From Spizellomyces punctatus DAOM BR117 (lineage: Eukaryota): a stretch of 64,000 bases of DNA. The DNA lies in the NCBI GenBank assembly GCA_000182565.2, contig KQ257472.1. The stretch is one strand, 5' to 3'. The notes beneath the pieces were generated by a model. The model did no database searches. It saw only the letters and a list, made by a program, of their open reading frames with translations, and had not been told where the DNA came from. Shown here piece after piece: positions 53,309-64,000 of this stretch; position 1 is the first letter of the stretch; each line of letters starts with the position of its first letter. The position numbers were made by a program, and so were the translations under genes.

Positions 53309-54800
53309 ATGAGCGATCGTCTGCAAAACCCAACCCAATCACTCGACGATAATGACCTCACTCATCCCTCGGATTGGCCTTCAGAGCTCTCTGGTTTCTA
53401 TGCACTCGACGATTCGTTTCGGTGTACGATATGTAAGGACTTCTACCGAGTACGTGCTGCCCTTTGTGATCCTGGTCGTGACTGCTGTGGCAAGGTTTCC
53501 TCACCTAAAGCTTTTCTTAGGCTGCAATGTCTCTACCCTGCTCCCATACCTTTTGTTCCCTTTGCCTTCGCAGCCACTTGGCACATACCATGGAGTGTCC
53601 TACCTGCAGAATAACGGTTCAAGGTCTGGCGGATATGAAACCGAACAGAGGTGCTGGAAGCAAAGCTTTGTGAAGAGGGATGCCTGGTCCATGTATCTGT
53701 AAGCTAACGTCGGATATTCAATCTTTCTTTGCAAAGCCCTTGACGATAGTGTCATGCACTTTAGCCGTTGTCGTTCTCTGCACTTGCCTTTCCTATCGTC
53801 ACTGTTGTCATCCAGGGTTTGTCCTGTACCAGTAACTCGTGCTGATACCCACTCGGCAACGGATACTGTCGATGACCCTGCTACCAACGTCAATAATCAA
53901 CGTGAGTCCTCAGATGCGCATGGTATACGCGATCCTGCGAGTGGTTCTCGCCGCTACGACACGCGATTCGCAAAAGGCAGAGAGCTCACAGACGCCTCTA
54001 AACCTCGGGGATCCTCATCCCTTGGCCAGCTATCACAGTTGCAGCCACTGGGTAAGTGAAATACTTCAGAGCCCTCTCATGGTTTGTCTAAAGCGGCCCT
54101 GTATCCAACCAGGAGACACGCCGGTCATCTGTCCTTTATGCCTCAATGCAACAAAGGCAAGAGATTTGGATCGACATATAGATAGCGGTTGCACGTCGTT
54201 TGCAACGCGGACAGAGGAACCAAGTGTTCAATCTTGGTCGGCGTCTACTATAAATAGGTGAGAGATTTGTCCGGCTCCCACCCAAATATGGTCTAAGCGA
54301 TCGTTCTTGTAGAAGAAATTCCCGGCGGCCAAAAGCATCTGTTCCGTATTCACTTTGTAGCGAATCTAAACTGCGTAAGCTACTGCGGGTAAGATCCGGC
54401 ACCACCTTAATGCCTCAAGCAGTTGTTGACCTCCCAATAGGATGATGGTCTTCCATCTAGTGGAGATAGGTCTACTCTGATTAAACGACACGCGGAGTGG
54501 GTGAAGCGATACAATGCAAATTTGGATCATCCACAACCAAAGAGTGACTTTCAAGTATCCCGCGAGCTGGCAGAGTGGGAGAAGGCAATGGCCAGTACCC
54601 CTCCTACCCCATTCACCAGTATTCCGGGGCATGAAGTGACTGTAGAAACCGAAGAAGAAAAAAGAAAACATCACGAGCGGTATAAAGCGGAATATGAAAG
54701 AATGATAGTAGGGTTAAAGAAGAGAAAGCGGGCAGAAGAGTCCTCAACACCTAGTGACAGCACACATCAGGTTACAGATGATCAAGTATACCATTTATGA
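53309..54800 (+). CDS. RAD18: RAD18 E3 ubiquitin ligase
   Basis: RING (CTICKDFY..CSHTFCSLC..CPTC), UBZ4 (CPLC..LDRHIDSGC) and SAP domain (KLRKLLR|DDGLPSSGDRSTLIKRHAEWVKRYNANLD). Confidence 0.92.
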
Positions 54801-54975
54801 ATTATGACCTGGCTTGGAATATTTGTGTATTCTGCACAGTGCAGTGGGTTCACAATTTGAATACCTGGCAGGAGGTATCGTGGCGAAATTAAGACCCTGA
54901 AATTCCATTGTATAAAAAACATCCAAATTATCCAAGAGCGCCTTCGGTATGGATACACTAAATAGTCTTCCATCA

Positions 54976-58750
<3,775 letters not shown>

Positions 58751-59180
58751 TTTGAAGAGTAACAAACGTCAAGTTCCGACGACCACCGCTGCTCACTGCA
58801 GTATTTCAGAGTCAGCCCAAAACCTTCGTTCCTCTCAACCACCCGCGATTGCTAGTCGCTCTCACATTTTATAAAATCCTCTAAGAATCTACAGGCGTCG
58901 CAATCGAAGGGTTTGTGTTAACTCGTCGTGTTTATGTTCTCCTGCTGGCTGCTTCGGTGTTTTCCTTAAACATTGCCAGAATCCGGAGCATCGCCCAGAG
59001 CCCTGACCTTGCGGCAGCGTTGCTATACCAACAATGTTGACCTCTGGTTCACGTGTATAAGTGGCTGGCAACTTCATGTTCTGCACCACGTCCAACGTTT
59101 TCCCAAGAAACACCCCGTTCCTCGCAAAGTGCATTTCTAGTCACAGCTACTACTGCAGAAGCTTGGCGGTGATATAACGC

Positions 59181-62100
59181 ATGCAGGCGGGGTTTCTATT
59201 TAGGACCGAGTCTTTTCGGCCTCCCAGCCAAACGGACCAACCACCCCAACCTCCAGCAGAGGTATTTGCAAACCAACAGTTGGTGGAATGTCCTTCTGGA
59301 ACTGCACTGGGAACATGTACGGACGTAGTGGGTGCGCTAAGAGCCCAGCCTTTAGCACCACTGACGCCAGCTATTGATGGTAAGACACCTGGTGCTTCCG
59401 AGGGAGATCCTACATATTCAACTCATGGTTAACGTAAATAGCGGCAAATCTGCTTCCTGACCTTACACTGTTGAAATTGCTTCCACGAAGCTTGTTGGAT
59501 GATACAGATTGTAACGCAGTAATGAAGCGAATAGATGGGATGACCCTTCCTGTGGTCCAGGATCTAATCGGCAATGTGGATATCAGTTATCTGTGAGTGA
59601 GGGATGCCAGCAGGTGCCTAAAACTGCAATGACTTTTACAGTATCTCATTGCTGTCCCATTACAGACGTCTCCGAACTTCGTCGTTTGCTTTACCACATC
59701 GTCGACATACCTTGTATCAACAACGAGGTGGTAGTCGTGATGGTGACCCACCCGCCCTGGCTCAAAATATATTGAATTTCTCTGCGATGCTACCGATCCA
59801 ACGTACCCAATCTCGGGGTATGTAGGTGAAAAGTCTTTGATGCCTGTATTTAGGCACTTTCCGCTTATTTTTTGCCTTTTCCAACAGCCAATGTCGATTT
59901 TGCGATCCCGCGTACCTCAATTTTCAACTCACAACCTTCACTACTCCAGTCAGCGTCAATTCTCAACTCTGATAATGCATCAGAAGTGCATCCGCTGGTT
60001 GAGACGGCACAAAATTTTGTATCTCATCCTGCTTACATCGGCGCCGCGGATTCGGCCACCATAGAGTACGATAAAGAGGTAGACCAGGGATCTCTACGCA
60101 CTACAACCTTACCGACGCCAAGTCCCGTTTTTCTTTCCCGAACCGTCTCATTGTCCCAAAGAAGATTGTCGGATGCTCCAAGTCACCAGGAACAGAACAT
60201 TATTTTTCCCCCAACACCGAAGGAAGTGTCAGGTGTCATCATGCACGATCAGTCCATGGACGGAGAGCGTGCTGTTGTAGGGCGAAATGTACGTCATGCC
60301 GCCGGACCGATGGACGTAACACCAGGACATCATGAGCCAGATATTCCGGCTATGCTTGATGGCGAAAATAGCACGCCGCGCGGACCAGGATCAATAAAGC
60401 GACGACGGACTTCTTTTGCGGAAGTTCAAGTTTTAATCGATGCCAAGAGGCGAAGCTTCTCCCCCGCCACTGCTGTCCCGAACAATACCAACCATAATGT
60501 ATCTGAATATTCGCAACACAATGAGCTGGACTCGAAAGACCCTTTGTCGCCAGCCTTGAAAAAAAGAAAACGATCCGTCAACCCCGAAAGTGACGATCAG
60601 CATAGGGTGGCTGATCAGTCTCATTCATTGAAGAGATGCTCAGAACTCATTGAATCCCTGCTGGCCGCGGAGGATTGTCTGCTGAAGGAGTCGGAGGTTG
60701 ATGAGGGTACTAGCTTATTCTTTGACAGAGGTGGACTTGTAACTTGTGGAATCTTAACTGAACTGAACAAGTACCTAATCAAACTCGACACTGTCAACGA
60801 TATTTTGCAATTGATCGAGGAGGTTGGTCGATCTTCCATGAAACGATTGTCCAAGATTGTTGAGGCACGTGTGAAAGATGCAGAATATTTGGACCCCGGT
60901 TTCGGCAACTTTGGCAGATTACGAGCAACAAAGCAAAGTAAAAAAATCAGCGGTGAAGAACACGACGGTGGAACGAGCTTCGTTGGTGCATCGCCAAACA
61001 TGGAAAGGACGTCGGGTAACGGGATATCGGAAGAAGACTATGGTCGACATTTTGGTGCCGCAATGACAAGAATCGAAACTAGTCTAGATGCGTGTTTGAC
61101 AGCATTCCTTCTGTTGTCTCGGGAGGGCCGAACTCCAGCTTCAGATAAAGGGGCCGTTGATACAATTTTCAGCGAAGATCTGACTCTTTCCTGTTTAAAT
61201 CTTCTGAAGACACAGCTGAACCAAACACTGTATGCGGCGCTCCAGTTAATGACTCGAGAAGGAGACGAACTTACCTCCGATGTGCAGCGGATGCGCGCAG
61301 GTTGTGATAGAATCAAATTGACATCGCGGTTAGCAGTAGTTGTCGTCAAAATCACTCGGATAATGGACCGGATGTGTGATTGTCTGGATATGGGCGTGTT
61401 TGGCGATGATTTGGTTATCACCGTCGCCTTTATAGCTCTATCTCCTTTTTTTGCTGAGGGTGCCGCTTTTGGAAACGCAATTGGTTTGGATAAATTGCAA
61501 CTCCGTGGTATATATTTGAGTCGAACGATCTTTGGGCGGTATGCCAAGCACCGAAATTTCATGCTAGAGGAAATCTGTGGAAATTGCAGCAAGTTAGGTG
61601 GAAGCAAAAAGATATCAAAGCAATTTAAACTCGCGGATGGGACGTCTGTTCAGATGGTGACGGCGTTGGTGCTGCAACTTGTACAGAGCTGCTGTTTGCA
61701 CATCGCGCTCGAGCAGGCTGCGAAGGACCTTCTGCGGCGATCATCGGAAACGAGTGAGGACTCAGCAAAAGTGCAGCTGAGAACTACGACATCACAGGAA
61801 GAGAAGCGATCTAACATGGCAACGGATGATGTGCACGTAGAAGGATATTCAGAGGAGCAGGGGGAATGGCAATCAATCGAAAAGGTACATGGACGATGAC
61901 ACTTTGGACCTGCGTTGATCTCGGGACTAACCTGCTATTACATTAGTTTTCGTTGGCGTGCAAGAGCGGAATAGACGCCGCATCGCATTGTGCTCACTAT
62001 TTTCTCCGATTTCTGCTAAATCGTTGTACACAGCCAACATGCGAGTCGTTAACCCCCAAGGTGGAAAGAGGTCGTGGGGCACGGAAAGGTCAATCAAGTA

Positions 62101-64000
62101 ATGATGCAGAATACAAGGCGTTTTTGGACGGGTTCTTGCAAGACCTCTTGGTTATGCTAAATACCCCTGAGTGGCCGGCCGCCGAGCTGCTGAGCATGAT
62201 TTTTAGTCGCCTGGCGGTTCGTACTAAATTTTCTTTACCACCAAAATGAACGTCGCTAATTGATTTGCAGGTGCAAGTGCTTGACGATGTCAAAAGACAA
62301 GGGGATACTGCTATCAGAGCCATGGCCGTTGAGTGGCTTGGAGCTGTTTGTGCAAAAATACGAGCGCAACCTTTCAAGCATCGACAGGCTGGCATGCCCG
62401 AAATCCTTCTTCGACTCCCAAGCGCTGACTTAACGCCAGATACCTCCGTGAGCAGCGTAAGCGCGTTACGGGAACTGCAGAACCTAGTCATGAGATGGCT
62501 CGATGCTGGCCGGACGGAGGACCCTACCATATTGGTACTGTCAGGCAGACCTCTTGTTACTTTCACCGCAGTATTCTAATCGCTTTTTAACGTACCATTA
62601 GACTGCGAAGACGTTTTTCATCTCAACCTGGGCATATGGGATCAGGTTAACACCATCGGAACAATGGTCGGTCGGGCTGAAAGATACAGTCCGAACACTG
62701 TTTTTTGATTATGGTGAAGCGGTTCTTGATATCCCTTTGAAACCGTAAGTTCCGATGTCGTAGGAGATGTACTGATAACATATATATGCACGTTACTCAG
62801 CTTTCGCTGGAACATTTAGGTACTATCATTCGACGTCCAACATATTGGCCTCGGAAGCGGTTAATAGCCCTTTTGGAGCCACGCTGGAATTGCGCCCCAC
62901 GATAGGATTTTGTGTGGAAGCACTTGCTGCACGACAGGCTCTGTACGAGTCATTCGAGCAGTTTATGGTTCGCATTGGGAATGCTCTTGACTCGGAGGTC
63001 GTGATGCTCAGAACTAAGGCACTCAAAGCATTGCAAGGAGTTTTTGTGGCGGATTCGTCTGTACTTGGGTACGGAAATATGCGCAAGCTTCTCGAGGCCC
63101 GTATGATGGATTTGAGCACCAGTGTGAGAGATGCAGCTATTGAGCTTGTCGGAAAATTCTTGATAAGTGGTGATAAACAACTCATCAAAGAGTACTACCC
63201 AATTATCAGTGACAGGATAATGGTATGCATGTCCTTTCATCTCAGCTCATATTGAAAGTCAAGCAGACGCATGAGTTTCGTTCTAGGATGTTGGTGTCAA
63301 CGTTCGTAAGAGGATCGTAAAACTTTTGAGAGATATTTATATGAGGGAAGTCAAGTTGGAAGGGGATGACGACAAATCCATAGTGGTGGATATTATCGTG
63401 AAGTTACTCGGTCGTCTCGTGGATGAGGAGAATTCCGTTAAGGTTACCTCAATGCTCACAGGATTACTTCCTAAGCATTACCCTAAACGGTTATTTGTAG
63501 GATCTGGCATTCAAGTCATTGCAAGAAATATGGTTTACTTTCAACCATTCGGAGGTCCCGGGATTTGGGCATGAAGCGCATAGTCTACCTTGTAAACATG
63601 AACCACCCAAGTGGGCTAGTTGGAGTTCTTTATCCACGTCAACTCGCAGTGATATCCGCAAGCGAGCGCTGCTAATGGTCGAAGCCGTTGCTAGCCACGC
63701 AAACGCCCCGAACTTATTTGGCAACTTAGTGCGGAGATGTTTACTGGACACCGGCAAAGTGGACAGAAATGATATCATGAACGTTTGCCGAACCGCAGTC
63801 GAATGTCTCATAGAAGAAATACTATGTTTGGAGGAACGGAGCTGCAAGGTATGTTCAATACGTAACATCATCAGGCCATTTGCTGAACTCTACGTCACAG
63901 GTGGCGATTAAGGATATTTTGAGCCTTTTGCAAGAGTTCAGTGCAATATTTCCCACTCTGATTGCGCCGCACTTAAAGACACTTCAACCATACTTGAAGG
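59181..64000 (+). CDS. SCC2: Cohesin loader Scc2/NIPBL (continues beyond the window edge)
   Basis: HEAT-repeat motifs FKLADGTSVQMVTALVLQLVQS, FLQDLLVMLNTPEWPAAELL, LRTKALKAL, SVRDAAIELVGK, DVGVNVRKRIVKLLRDIY. Start uncertain. Confidence 0.92.

Overview
Gene-dense eukaryotic DNA with many short (mostly about 50-75 nt) GT-AG introns. It is most consistent with a zoosporic fungus (chytrid), which is an inference from fungal-type genes (pyruvate decarboxylase, HR1-C2-C1 PKC, Ssz1) sitting next to cilium-associated genes (ARMC3-like, FAM161-like). About 26 protein-coding genes can be reconstructed by hand: PARP (partial), RNase H2 C, PDC, ARMC3, FAM161, an unknown gene, a cyclin E-like cyclin, a long coiled-coil protein, EAF, Nsp1/Nup62, a small Apc13-like gene, a full-length Dicer, NIP7, ZFAND4, DCTN3, CWC27, IPK1, GET3, LYRM5, SSZ1, a CUL2-like cullin, a CCDC186/GRIPAP1-like protein, PHB1, RAD18, PKC1 and Scc2/NIPBL (partial). 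I found no rRNA, canonical tRNA, CRISPR array or intact mobile element, and no obvious co-functional gene cluster. The most interesting signals are: RFX X-box palindromes in the divergent promoters upstream of Dicer and ZFAND4; a cyclin E-like gene whose upstream region has both MCB and E2F-like motifs plus a possible structured RNA; an animal-type CUL2; a 101-codon relic frame broken only by TGA codons; a recent 261-bp in-frame duplication; and 12 genes in strictly alternating orientation. All gene names come from motif recognition by eye, not database searches. CDS coordinates span introns.
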